A stretch of 24,000 bases of DNA from an uncultured Gammaproteobacteria bacterium (lineage in GTDB: Bacteria; Patescibacteriota; Microgenomatia; UBA12405). This document shows positions 8,099 through 16,077 of the stretch, piece by piece; the first letter of the stretch is position 1; every line of letters begins with the position of its first letter. The stretch covers positions 1 to 24,000 of the forward strand of contig CAYSVP010000005.1 of assembly GCA_964434595.1 (NCBI GenBank), given 5' to 3'. The notes under the pieces are model-generated. The model ran no database searches. It saw only the letters and a program-made list of their open reading frames with translations, and was not told the DNA's origin. The position numbers and the translations under genes are program-made.

Positions 8099-9511
8099 AT
8101 GAAAAGATTTTATATTACAACTCCGATTTATTATATTAACGCTGAGCCAAGTATTGGCTCGGCCTGTACAACTGTGGCGGCTGATGTGGTGGCTAGATTG
8201 CATCGACAATTAGGTGAAGAAGTGTTTATGTTAACTGGAACTGACGAACATGGAGAAAAGGTTTGTGAAACTGCTGAAAAAGCTGGATTATTACCAATAG
8301 ATTTTTGTAACCAAATTGCTCCAATGTTTAAGGAAGCCTGGAAGTTACTGAATATTCATAATGATTTTTTTATCAGAACAACCGATATTCGACACGAAAA
8401 GGTGGCTAGTGAATTTTTGAATAAAATGTATCAAGCTGGGGATGTCTATAAAGATAAATATGAGGGCTGGTATTGTACTGGTTGCGAAGCTTTTAAAACT
8501 GAAAAAGAATTGGAAGACGGTCATTGTCCACTTCACCCACCGGAAAAAACAGTCTTGAAATCAGAAGAAAATTGGTTTTTTAAATTGTCAAAATACATCC
8601 CGAAAATTATAGAATTAATTGAAGATCCCAACACTAATTACATTTTCCCTGAGAGCAAAAGATTGGAAATACTGGCAAAACTTAAGTCGGGAGTTAATGA
8701 TGTGTCAATCTCGAGGGAAAAAGTGAAATGGGGGATTCCAATACCATGGGATTCGGATCATACAATTTATGTGTGGATTGATGCCTTAATTAATTACTAT
8801 AGCGCAACGTTATTTTTAGAAAATAAGAAAGATTTCTGGCCGGCAGATGTTCATCTATTGGGTAAGGAAATTTTATGGTTTCACACCGTAATTTGGCAAG
8901 CTATGTTGTTGTCAGCCGATATTCCTCTACCGAAAAAAACTTATGTCCATGATTTTTATACAATTGACGGACAAAAGATGAGTAAATCATTGGGCAACAC
9001 GATACCCCCAAAAGATATGGTTGAATTATTTGGATGTGATGCGGCTAGATATCTAATTGTTCGATCATTTCCCTATAACGGCGATGTTGATGTTGGAATA
9101 CCCAGATTCAAAGAAAAATATAATGCCGATTTGGCTAATAATTTTGGTAATCTGGTATCGAGGATTAATAAACTGAATGAGGAATCAAAGATTAAATTGG
9201 CAAAACCAAATTTAAAACTTGATTTAGAATTTAGAGAATTAATAGATGATTTGAAACTTGAGATGGCAGTAGATTATGTATTTAAAAAATATATCGATAA
9301 AGCTAATTTATTTTTAAATCAACAGACTCCATGGAAATTGACGGTTGATGATCCAAAAAGACAAGAAATTATCACTAAATGTATCTCAGATATTGTGACG
9401 GCGGCCTATCACTTAAAATCAATTATGCCCGAATCTTGTGAAAATATAATCAATTTATTTACCGAAGAATACAAACCATTGCAAAAGAGTTTGTTTCCAA
9501 GAATTGCATGA
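8099..9511 (+). CDS. metG: Methionyl-tRNA synthetase, short form (no C-terminal Trbp111-like domain), with an atypical HIGH motif (SIGS)
   Basis: ATG at 8099 (MKRFYITTPIYYINAEP...) is preferred over the track's TTG at 8075. KMSKS is present (8975-8989). Zn knuckle CTGC...CPLH. Anticodon-domain block NNFGNLVSR. metG-tatD synteny. Confidence 0.9.
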   Translation: MKRFYITTPIYYINAEPSIGSACTTVAADVVARLHRQLGEEVFMLTGTDEHGEKVCETAEKAGLLPIDFCNQIAPMFKEAWKLLNIHNDFFIRTTDIRHEKVASEFLNKMYQAGDVYKDKYEGWYCTGCEAFKTEKELEDGHCPLHPPEKTVLKSEENWFFKLSKYIPKIIELIEDPNTNYIFPESKRLEILAKLKSGVNDVSISREKVKWGIPIPWDSDHTIYVWIDALINYYSATLFLENKKDFWPADVHLLGKEILWFHTVIWQAMLLSADIPLPKKTYVHDFYTIDGQKMSKSLGNTIPPKDMVELFGCDAARYLIVRSFPYNGDVDVGIPRFKEKYNADLANNFGNLVSRINKLNEESKIKLAKPNLKLDLEFRELIDDLKLEMAVDYVFKKYIDKANLFLNQQTPWKLTVDDPKRQEIITKCISDIVTAAYHLKSIMPESCENIINLFTEEYKPLQKSLFPRIA

Positions 9512-10221
9512 TAGATACTCATGCCCATTTATCTGCTGAATTTAGAGGGGATATAAAAATTGATGGATTATCGTCGGTGATATTGTCGGCAAGCTGTCTC
9601 GCGGATTCAATTGATAATTTGAACATTGCAAAAACCAATAAAAAGTTATTACCAGCAATCGGGATTCATCCGCAAAATATTGAAGATAATCCTGACAAAC
9701 TAGAAGAATTAATGAGTCCTAACGTTTTTGCTATAGGTGAATGTGGTTTGGAATTTAACGAGGGAACGGATAAAGAAAAACAAATTACTGTTTTTAAACG
9801 CCAAATAGAGATGGCGAAAAAATATGATAAACCATTGATTGTTCACAGCCGAAAAGCTAGTGATGAAACATTAGAGATATTAAGAAATTATCAAAACTTA
9901 AGAGGGGTAATTCATTGTTATACCGGAGGGAAAAAACGAATTGATAAATATCTGGGAATATCCGACAACTGGTATATTGGTATCGATGGTAATCTGACTT
10001 ATGAAGTTGGATTGGAACAAGTTGTAATGTCAATCCCTAAAGATAGGCTGATTTTGGAGACTGATTCACCTTTTTTGACACCGATCCCCCATCGTGGAGA
10101 AAAAAATTGTCCGGAGTATATTCGATATATATATCAAAAGGTATCAGACATTTGGCAGATGAGTTTTGAACAGACAGAAAAAATAATTGATGAAAATGCC
10201 AAGAAATTATTTAGAATTTAG
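9508..10221 (+). CDS. tatD: TatD-family metal-dependent hydrolase/DNase
   Basis: Motifs MIDTHAHL, GECGLEF, PLIVHSR, VIHCYTG and LETDSPFL. The ATG overlaps the metG TGA (ATGA). Confidence 0.9.
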   Translation: MIDTHAHLSAEFRGDIKIDGLSSVILSASCLADSIDNLNIAKTNKKLLPAIGIHPQNIEDNPDKLEELMSPNVFAIGECGLEFNEGTDKEKQITVFKRQIEMAKKYDKPLIVHSRKASDETLEILRNYQNLRGVIHCYTGGKKRIDKYLGISDNWYIGIDGNLTYEVGLEQVVMSIPKDRLILETDSPFLTPIPHRGEKNCPEYIRYIYQKVSDIWQMSFEQTEKIIDENAKKLFRI

Positions 10222-10224
10222 ATC

Positions 10225-10467
10225 TTATTTTATAAAATCAGAAATAATATTCTCTAATTCTTTTTGACCGGGATATTTATCAATAAAAGTCACTTCACCA
10301 TTAATCAATAAAACAGTATTACCCTGGTAACCCATAGAATAAACCCGATTCATATCTTTAAAATACTCCGGGGAACAATCAAGTTGAAGTCTTTGGCAAA
10401 CAGCATCTAAATCAGCAAATAACTTTTTACCAGGTGGTAAACCGCGATCATAAAGTTGAATTCGCAT
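10225..10467 (-). CDS. Thioredoxin_3-like small thioredoxin-fold protein lacking the CXXC redox motif
   Basis: 80 aa. The layout matches the small MTH895-like thioredoxin family (MRIQLY..G....K.L...........L.........D......G......P.LLINGEV...G..P...EL), but the expected GCxxC reads GLPPGK. Confidence 0.5.
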   Translation of the reverse strand: MRIQLYDRGLPPGKKLFADLDAVCQRLQLDCSPEYFKDMNRVYSMGYQGNTVLLINGEVTFIDKYPGQKELENIISDFIK

Positions 10468-10470
10468 GGT

Positions 10471-11235
10471 CTATTTTACCATTGTTAAGTTTTTCAGCAA
10501 ACAAGCGATAGTCATTGGCCCAACTGAACCAAAGGGCGGAGTTATAAAACTACATTTATCCTTAACATCCTCATAATCTACATCTCCTCCACCAATATCA
10601 ACAACTATAGCACCAGGTTTGATATATTCACTGGTAACTAGTCCTTTTTGACCAGTGGCAGAAATTAACAAGTCAGCTCCCCTACTAATTTCTAATAAAT
10701 TTTGAGTAGATTTATCACATATAACAACATTTAGATGTTGATCAATTAACAATTTTTGAAGAGGAATACCGATTAGATTACTGGAATTAATAATTACCGC
10801 ATTTTTACCTGATAGATTAACTTTGGTGGATTTTAGGAGAGCCATAACCCCAATGTCAACCGCTGGAACAAAAGAAGACTGACTGGTAAGACCATCAACA
10901 TCTTTCCGTGGATCAATTTGCTCCAGAATATTGGGATTTATGTGTGCTGGTAGTGGTAGTTGGATAAAAAAACCGGTGACATTTTGGTCGAGATTAAGTT
11001 GGTTAATTAATAATTGTAATTCTGATTCAGTCGTATTTTCTGATAAATGATGAAATGTAAAATTAATACCGACCTGTTGACACTTTTTTTCTTTGAGAGA
11101 AACATATTTTAGACTAGAGGGGTCGTTGCCAACTAAAATAACATGTAAATTAATTGTCGATTGACGAGTAGTAATTTCTGATTTAATGTCAGAAAGAATT
11201 TGTTCTGATAGTATTTTACCGTCAAGAGAAATCAT
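10471..11235 (-). CDS. folD: Bifunctional methylenetetrahydrofolate dehydrogenase/methenyl-THF cyclohydrolase (compact form)
   Basis: Motifs YVSLKEKKCQQVGI, FIQLPLP, PRKDVDG, VVDIGG and GSVGPMTIACLLKN. 254 aa, shorter than the usual length of about 285 aa. Confidence 0.85.
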   Translation of the reverse strand: MISLDGKILSEQILSDIKSEITTRQSTINLHVILVGNDPSSLKYVSLKEKKCQQVGINFTFHHLSENTTESELQLLINQLNLDQNVTGFFIQLPLPAHINPNILEQIDPRKDVDGLTSQSSFVPAVDIGVMALLKSTKVNLSGKNAVIINSSNLIGIPLQKLLIDQHLNVVICDKSTQNLLEISRGADLLISATGQKGLVTSEYIKPGAIVVDIGGGDVDYEDVKDKCSFITPPFGSVGPMTIACLLKNLTMVK

Positions 11236-11990
11236 GGAAGGGTTAATATTTCTGAACCATTAGATGTAATCAATATTGTGTGTTCAAATTGACAAGATAA
11301 ACTACCATCGTGAGTACGAATAGTCCAACCATCACGACGATCGACAGTAATCTGCCAGTCGGGAGAGGCATTGATCATTGGCTCGATAGTAAAAATCATT
11401 CCTGGTTTGAGAATTACGTCGTTTCGTTTGGTCTGATGATGAAAAACAAAAGGATCTTCGTGGAAATCTAAACCGACACCGTGGCCACCACAATCACGAA
11501 CTGAAGAATAACCAAAGGGAGTAATATATTTTTCAATAACCTGGCCGACACACTCGTTCATACTCTTACCGGGTTTTAGAGATTTAATAGCTAATTCAAG
11601 TGATTTTTTTGTTCGATCAATTAATAAGGAGGTACTCGGAGATATTTTGCCGACCGGAAAAGTGACTGAAGTGTCACCATAATAACCATCAAGAATGGTG
11701 GTAATATCGATATTTACAATATCCCCTTCTTTAAGGATTTCTTTTTTGGAAGGGATTCCGTGACAGACAACATTATTAATGGAGGTACAAATACTTTTAG
11801 GAAAACCTTCGTAGTTTAGAGAGGCGGGAATTGCCCCATGGGAGATAATATACTGATGAGCAATTTGATTGAGAGATTCAGTGTTAATACCCGGCTTAAT
11901 GTAATTTTCCAAATGTTTAATAGATTGAGCGGCCAAACGACTGGAACGACGAATTCCATTGATTTGCTCGGTATTCTTTATAATTATCAC
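11232..11990 (-). CDS. map: Type I methionine aminopeptidase
   Basis: 252 aa with metal-ligand blocks VCHGIP, DIVNIDIT, GHGVG, FTIEP and QFEHT. GTG start at 11990. Its stop overlaps the folD ATG by 4 nt. Confidence 0.95.
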   Translation of the reverse strand: MIIIKNTEQINGIRRSSRLAAQSIKHLENYIKPGINTESLNQIAHQYIISHGAIPASLNYEGFPKSICTSINNVVCHGIPSKKEILKEGDIVNIDITTILDGYYGDTSVTFPVGKISPSTSLLIDRTKKSLELAIKSLKPGKSMNECVGQVIEKYITPFGYSSVRDCGGHGVGLDFHEDPFVFHHQTKRNDVILKPGMIFTIEPMINASPDWQITVDRRDGWTIRTHDGSLSCQFEHTILITSNGSEILTLP

Positions 11991-11997
11991 TGGGCTG

Positions 11998-12026
11998 ATT
12001 ATCGTCTTTTTTGACTAAATTGGCAA
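11998..12026 (-). promoter_or_regulatory. Putative promoter TTGCCA-17 nt-GATAAT, with the -10 ending 7 nt before the map GTG (11990)
   Basis: Minus strand: TTGCCA (12026-12021), a 17-nt spacer, GATAAT (12003-11998), then cagccca and GTG. Overlaps the divergent promoter at 12011-12039. Confidence 0.35.
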
Positions 12027-12039
12027 TAAGGAGTATATT
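12011..12039 (+). promoter_or_regulatory. Putative promoter TTGACT-17 nt-TATATT, with the -10 ending 7 nt before ATG 12047
   Basis: TTGACT at 12011-12016, a 17-nt spacer, TATATT at 12034-12039, then gggatta and ATG. Confidence 0.4.
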
Positions 12040-12046
12040 GGGATTA

Positions 12047-12319
12047 ATGAAGCTGACCAAGATGTTTTTGGTCTTAGTTTTAGCAAGTTTGGTTTTTGGA
12101 AAAAGTGCCTGGGCCTTAACACCGACAAAAGAAGCTGAAGAGATAGTAACTTTATCACCAACAACTGCAATCTCAATAGAACCAACAGTTCCAGATAAAA
12201 TTGTGGAAACACAATCGGAAAACGATTTATCAAAATGGTTTTTATTCATCACAATTGGTTTATTAGCTTTGATAATTACAGTACAGGTTTGGCCGGAGAA
12301 AAAAGAAAAAATTGAGTAA
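12047..12319 (+). CDS. Small secreted protein with a cleavable signal peptide and a C-terminal TM anchor (hypothetical)
   Basis: MKLTKMFLVLVLASLVFGKSAWA|LTPT... has an AXA cleavage site. A Thr/Pro/Glu-rich spacer follows, then C-terminal FLFITIGLLALIITVQVW and a charged tail. Preferred over the antisense 11917-12387 ORF because of its promoter geometry and signal peptide. Confidence 0.5.
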   Translation: MKLTKMFLVLVLASLVFGKSAWALTPTKEAEEIVTLSPTTAISIEPTVPDKIVETQSENDLSKWFLFITIGLLALIITVQVWPEKKEKIE

Positions 12320-12327
12320 AGATCAGA

Positions 12328-12333
12328 TATAAT
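12328..12333 (+). promoter_or_regulatory. Putative -10 box TATAAT, 7 nt upstream of the in-frame ATG at 12341
   Basis: Reads cagaTATAATggtggaaATG. It overlaps the track's ATG at 12332, suggesting the real start may be 12341. Confidence 0.3.
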
Positions 12334-13084
12334 GGTGGAAATGCAAAATCGAACATCTTGGAATAAAGTTAGTCGGTGGTATGACAAACAAGTCGGAGAT
12401 AAAGGCCATTATTATCATGAACATGTAATTATTCCGGGAATTAAAAAAATAATTGATTGGGATAGTTCGAAATCGCTATTAGATTTAGCCTGTGGTCAGG
12501 GAGTTTTGGGCAGGGAATGGCCGGGAAATAAGTATTTGGGAATTGATGTGGCGAGTAATTTGATTGCTGAAGCGAGACTAAGGGATAAAAACAATCAACA
12601 TAAATATCAGATAGGAGATGTTACTAAAAAATTAAAATTAGAAGAAAAGTTTGATGAGGCGATAATAATATTAGCTTTTCAAAATTTAAATAATCCAGCA
12701 ATGGTAATAAAAAATATCAGAGAGAATTTGACAGACAGAGGAAAGCTGTTGCTGGTTATTAACCATCCGGCATTCCGGGTACCAAAACACAGTGATTGGA
12801 TAGTAAAAAACTGGCGACAATTCCGAATGGTCGATAATTATATGTCACCTTTAGAAATTCCAATTGAAAGCCGTCCATTTGATAAGGTCGACAATCAAAC
12901 TACTTATTCTTTTCATTATCCCCTATCAATGATTAGTCAGATGTTATTTGATAACGGTTTGGTAATAGAAAAAATTGAGGAGTGGATTTCGGACAAAAAA
13001 TCTGAAGGTAGTATGGCAAAAATTGAAAATAAAGCCAGAAAAGAAATTCCCTTATTCATGGCAATTTTAGCAATGGTAAAATGA
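12332..13084 (+). CDS. Class I SAM-dependent methyltransferase
   Basis: Motif I LLDLACGQGVLG, post-I acidic GIDV and motif II/III region AIIILAFQNL. The start may be 12341 (MQNRTSW...) rather than 12332. Confidence 0.8.
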   Translation: MVEMQNRTSWNKVSRWYDKQVGDKGHYYHEHVIIPGIKKIIDWDSSKSLLDLACGQGVLGREWPGNKYLGIDVASNLIAEARLRDKNNQHKYQIGDVTKKLKLEEKFDEAIIILAFQNLNNPAMVIKNIRENLTDRGKLLLVINHPAFRVPKHSDWIVKNWRQFRMVDNYMSPLEIPIESRPFDKVDNQTTYSFHYPLSMISQMLFDNGLVIEKIEEWISDKKSEGSMAKIENKARKEIPLFMAILAMVK

Positions 13085-13088
13085 TTCT

Positions 13089-13295
13089 ATGCTAAAGACA
13101 AAACACAAAATCATTATTGTCGGAGCCTGGTTTGTAATTTTAGTTTTGATTTGTGTAATGAGCGCCAAATTTGAATTAAACAAAATTGATAATTGTGCAA
13201 AGTTACGAATCAGAGCATTTAACCAAAAAGATTTTACCTGGTCGGGAATTGTCGAACAAAATTCTGCTGGAACTTATCAACCGAAATGTTTATGA
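13089..13295 (+). CDS. Small membrane-anchored hypothetical protein (68 aa)
   Basis: ATG lies 4 nt after the methyltransferase stop. N-terminal TM IIIVGAWFVILVLICVM. The 3' end overlaps the convergent OFOR-beta stop by 6 nt. Confidence 0.4.
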   Translation: MLKTKHKIIIVGAWFVILVLICVMSAKFELNKIDNCAKLRIRAFNQKDFTWSGIVEQNSAGTYQPKCL

Positions 13296-13913
13296 CTTGA
13301 GTTGTTTACCAAAAGTAACACACGTTTGACGAATATCGATTAAAGAAAACTCAGGATTGGTAATAGCTGATTTGATAGCCGAGGTAATTTCTGGAAGCTC
13401 TGTACCATCAACTGATTTAACATCAATTTTGGGATTTACTGACTGAAGAACTTTGACTGGATTAAGAGCAAAACTGGGCGCACCTAGAGGGGTAGATTTA
13501 GTCTTGGAACCTTGAGGAGTAGTAGGACTAGTCTGCCCGGTAGTTAAGCTGTAGAGCTGGTTATTGGCAACTAAAACAGTGATATCTAAGTTATAACGAG
13601 CCGCAGAAAAAAGATGATTAAAGCCTTCTCCGTAAACTCCACCGTCACCACCAATAGCAATTACTGTTAATTTTGGATTAGCCATTTTTACTCCCATAGC
13701 AGTCGCAATGCTGCGACCATGGAGAGAGTGAATACCGTAAGTACTAAAAAAGTCAGCCATATTACCAACACAACCAATATCAAAAACTAAAACGACATCT
13801 TTTTTGGGAATTTGTAATTGAGTAATGGCTTGTTGAATAGCAGCGTAGAGGACAAAGTTATTACAACCAGGACAAAAAGTAGGAGTAATATTGGATTTTA
13901 GATTTTGAATCAT
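13290..13913 (-). CDS. 2-oxoacid:ferredoxin oxidoreductase, beta (TPP-binding) subunit
   Basis: FCPGCNNF, DIGCVGN and a C-terminal RQTC supply four Cys for a [4Fe-4S] cluster. TPP motif GGDGGVYGEGFNHL...NN. ATGA overlap with the alpha subunit gene. Confidence 0.85.
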   Translation of the reverse strand: MIQNLKSNITPTFCPGCNNFVLYAAIQQAITQLQIPKKDVVLVFDIGCVGNMADFFSTYGIHSLHGRSIATAMGVKMANPKLTVIAIGGDGGVYGEGFNHLFSAARYNLDITVLVANNQLYSLTTGQTSPTTPQGSKTKSTPLGAPSFALNPVKVLQSVNPKIDVKSVDGTELPEITSAIKSAITNPEFSLIDIRQTCVTFGKQLKS

Positions 13914-15490
13914 AGTAATTTAGACAATTCTTCGGGAAAGAATGGTCGGCCATCAAATTTTAATAAAACTTTGGTTGGATTAAAATCGAATTGAGATTTT
14001 AAAAGAGTAACTAATTGGGCAGTGGCGTTGTTTTCAATTACAGTAATATCTTTAAATGGTTTAATTAAAAGTTGAAGATTGGCATCGATTGGCCACATGG
14101 TTTTAATCTGAAGATAGGCATAATCTTGTTTGCCCCGCATTTTTAGGGTTTCCAGAATAGTCGATTTGGTTGATCCCCAGCCGATGATTAGTTTTTTAGC
14201 TGATTGATTACCGTAGAAAACCGGCTTTGGAGCGGCTTTGATAATTTTACTGACTTGAGCCAACCGAAGATTAACCATTTTATTTATTACTACCGGATCT
14301 TCAGTAGAAAAACCAGCGTCATCATGTTCATAACTATTGGCTAAATACTCTTTGTCGGCAGTTCCAGGAATAGGATTTTGAGAAGTGATAATTTTGACTT
14401 TTTTAAGAGAAAGGTCGGGAAGTGAAGCACCGGATTCAGAGATATATTTATCAGAAACCAAAATAACCGGGATATTAAATTTGGCGGCTAGATTCAATGA
14501 TTCGGCACCAAGTTCGAATGATTCCTGTTGATCGCCGGGGGCAAGAACAATTTTATTGAATTCACCATGTCCGGCATTGATTGCAAATAATAAATCACCC
14601 TGAGAAGTCCAAGTAGGTAGACCGGTAGCGGGCCCGGGTCGAGAGACTAAGTAAAACAAAACTCCGAGATTAGTGGCACCACAAAGACTAACTGTCTCGA
14701 CCATTAGAGCAAAACCACCACCACTAGTTCCAGTGGCGGCTCTGGCTCCAGCAAAGGCGGCACCAGCGGCTAAGGAAGCGGCAGCAATTTCATCTTCGGG
14801 ATGAACAACTTTAATTTTTTGTTCGACCTGTTTTGCGGCTAAAAAGTGCAGAGTGCCAGTGGCTGGAGTCATTGGATAAGCGGTATAAAAATTACCACCA
14901 CCTTTTAAATATCCCCAACCAAAGGCTTCATTACCATCATAAACACAGGTACCAGATTTAGGCTGAGCAACTTTGTCTAGTTTAAATTGCTTAAATTTAT
15001 TATCTTTGGCAAATTCATAACCAAGGCAAAAAGCATCAATATTGCGATTATCTTTGAAAAATGTTTGCTGAATAATTTTTTGACAAATTTGAGAATTGAG
15101 ATTGAAAATGTAGGCGGCGACTCCAAGACAAATTGTGTTGGCAAAAATATTACCACCAGCTTTGTTGGACAATTCTTGGATAGGGAGTAGATTTTTAGCA
15201 TCTTCACCGCAGACAATAGTATCCTTCTCAAACTCATCTTTGTGTTGTTGCCAATGACCGGAAGCTAAAGAAAAGAAAACATCGATTTTTTGGTGAATAG
15301 TGAATATTTGGTCTTGAGAAAAACTAACCTGATAGGTGTTGTGGCCACCACGGATAAGAGAAGGATATTCCGAATAATCCCGTATATTGTAGCCATGGGC
15401 AATTAATATTTTTGAGAGGAGTAAACCACTGGATTTGATACCGGCACCGGCCGGACCAGCAATTTTTATTGAATAAGTTTTTAAAGACAT
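13910..15490 (-). CDS. 2-oxoacid:ferredoxin oxidoreductase, fused gamma-alpha subunit
   Basis: N-terminal POR-gamma-like block IKIAGPAGAGIKSSG..., followed by an alpha domain (NEAFGWGYLKGGGNFYTAYPMTPAT, GAAFAGARAATGTSGGGFALM). Confidence 0.85.
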   Translation of the reverse strand: MSLKTYSIKIAGPAGAGIKSSGLLLSKILIAHGYNIRDYSEYPSLIRGGHNTYQVSFSQDQIFTIHQKIDVFFSLASGHWQQHKDEFEKDTIVCGEDAKNLLPIQELSNKAGGNIFANTICLGVAAYIFNLNSQICQKIIQQTFFKDNRNIDAFCLGYEFAKDNKFKQFKLDKVAQPKSGTCVYDGNEAFGWGYLKGGGNFYTAYPMTPATGTLHFLAAKQVEQKIKVVHPEDEIAAASLAAGAAFAGARAATGTSGGGFALMVETVSLCGATNLGVLFYLVSRPGPATGLPTWTSQGDLLFAINAGHGEFNKIVLAPGDQQESFELGAESLNLAAKFNIPVILVSDKYISESGASLPDLSLKKVKIITSQNPIPGTADKEYLANSYEHDDAGFSTEDPVVINKMVNLRLAQVSKIIKAAPKPVFYGNQSAKKLIIGWGSTKSTILETLKMRGKQDYAYLQIKTMWPIDANLQLLIKPFKDITVIENNATAQLVTLLKSQFDFNPTKVLLKFDGRPFFPEELSKLL

Positions 15491-15496
15491 CTTCTT

Positions 15497-15505
15497 ATTC
15501 TAACA
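15497..15505 (-). promoter_or_regulatory. Putative extended -10 TGtTAGAAT, ending 6 nt upstream of the OFOR-alpha ATG (15490)
   Basis: Minus strand reads atagTGTTAGAATaagaagATG. Confidence 0.35.
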
Positions 15506-15563
15506 CTATAAAAAAACGATGATGACATTACGATTTGTCAAAAAATTTTTAATTTTAAATATA

Positions 15564-16010
15564 TTAGTTTTTGGGTTGATTCTGAATAGGATTGAGTTGG
15601 ACATTTTGAGCAGTAACACTACCATCAGTATTAGTTGAACCAAAAATCATTACTCTTTCGCCAACTTTGAGATCACTAAAAACGGCTTGAGTGGCTTTAT
15701 TAATTGATGTTTTTTCGGTAAAAAGAACAATTTTACTGCTACCATTGGCCATCTTAACAGTAATCGAATTGCTGTCATTACTGGAAATTTCACCCATAAC
15801 GTTGCCACCCATATTAGATCGATTACCACTACCATTTTTTAAATTATTACCACCAAATTCCATTTGACCCGGTGGATTGCCCATCATCATATTACGACGA
15901 CCTTTGTTTTGACTGATTTTACTACCAGCAAAAAAGCCAATAGCAGTAAATATAATGGCGATAATAATAGTAACTAGGAGATGTTTGTTTGACTGGAAAA
16001 ATTTTGACAT
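15564..16010 (-). CDS. Secreted/anchored DUF5666-like beta-domain protein with a Gly/Met/Asn-rich linker
   Basis: N-terminal TM LLVTIIIAIIFTAIGFFAG and the low-complexity stretch RRNMMMGNPPGQMEFGGNNLKNGSGNRSNMGGNVMG. The following ITVKMANGSSKIVLFTEKTSI....SDLKVGERVMIFGSTNTDGSVTAQNVQL resembles DUF5666-type repeats. Confidence 0.55.
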   Translation of the reverse strand: MSKFFQSNKHLLVTIIIAIIFTAIGFFAGSKISQNKGRRNMMMGNPPGQMEFGGNNLKNGSGNRSNMGGNVMGEISSNDSNSITVKMANGSSKIVLFTEKTSINKATQAVFSDLKVGERVMIFGSTNTDGSVTAQNVQLNPIQNQPKN

Positions 16011-16077
16011 TTTTTGTTTAATAATTAATTTTATTTGATACTAGTTTAATTTTAACAACTGAAGATTAACTGATATT

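Noticed and set aside
9509-9511. Possible alternative genetic code (UGA recoding), as in some candidate phyla.
   Set aside because: TGA terminates metG exactly where tatD begins, and also ends other full-length family-typical ORFs. All long ORFs are intact under code 11.
10471-11235. FolD is short (254 aa), and the usual PCTP block reads PAVD; I considered a pseudogene or a different enzyme.
   Set aside because: The ORF is intact and translationally coupled to map, and it retains the catalytic Lys block, QLPLP, KDVDG and GxVGPMT motifs. Compactness is consistent with the other proteins in this window.
12028-12033. AAGGAG, the only good Shine-Dalgarno-like hexamer seen near a start (13 nt before ATG 12047).
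   Set aside because: It sits inside the 17-nt spacer of the TTGACT/TATATT promoter, so it would not be transcribed if that promoter is real, and the spacing is long. The call remains ambiguous.
11917-12387. A 156-aa minus-strand ORF spanning the map/methyltransferase gap.
   Set aside because: It overlaps the 5' end of map and the start of the methyltransferase, and it has no recognisable motif. The plus-strand alternative (12047-12319) has a signal peptide with an AXA site, a C-terminal TM and a well-spaced promoter.
15536-15541. A perfect TTGACA (minus strand) upstream of the OFOR operon, considered as its -35.
   Set aside because: It lies 33 nt from the TAGAAT -10, outside the 16-19 nt spacing. 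I also looked for a hairpin before the adjacent T-run (candidate terminator of the efflux operon) and could not build a stem longer than 3-4 bp.
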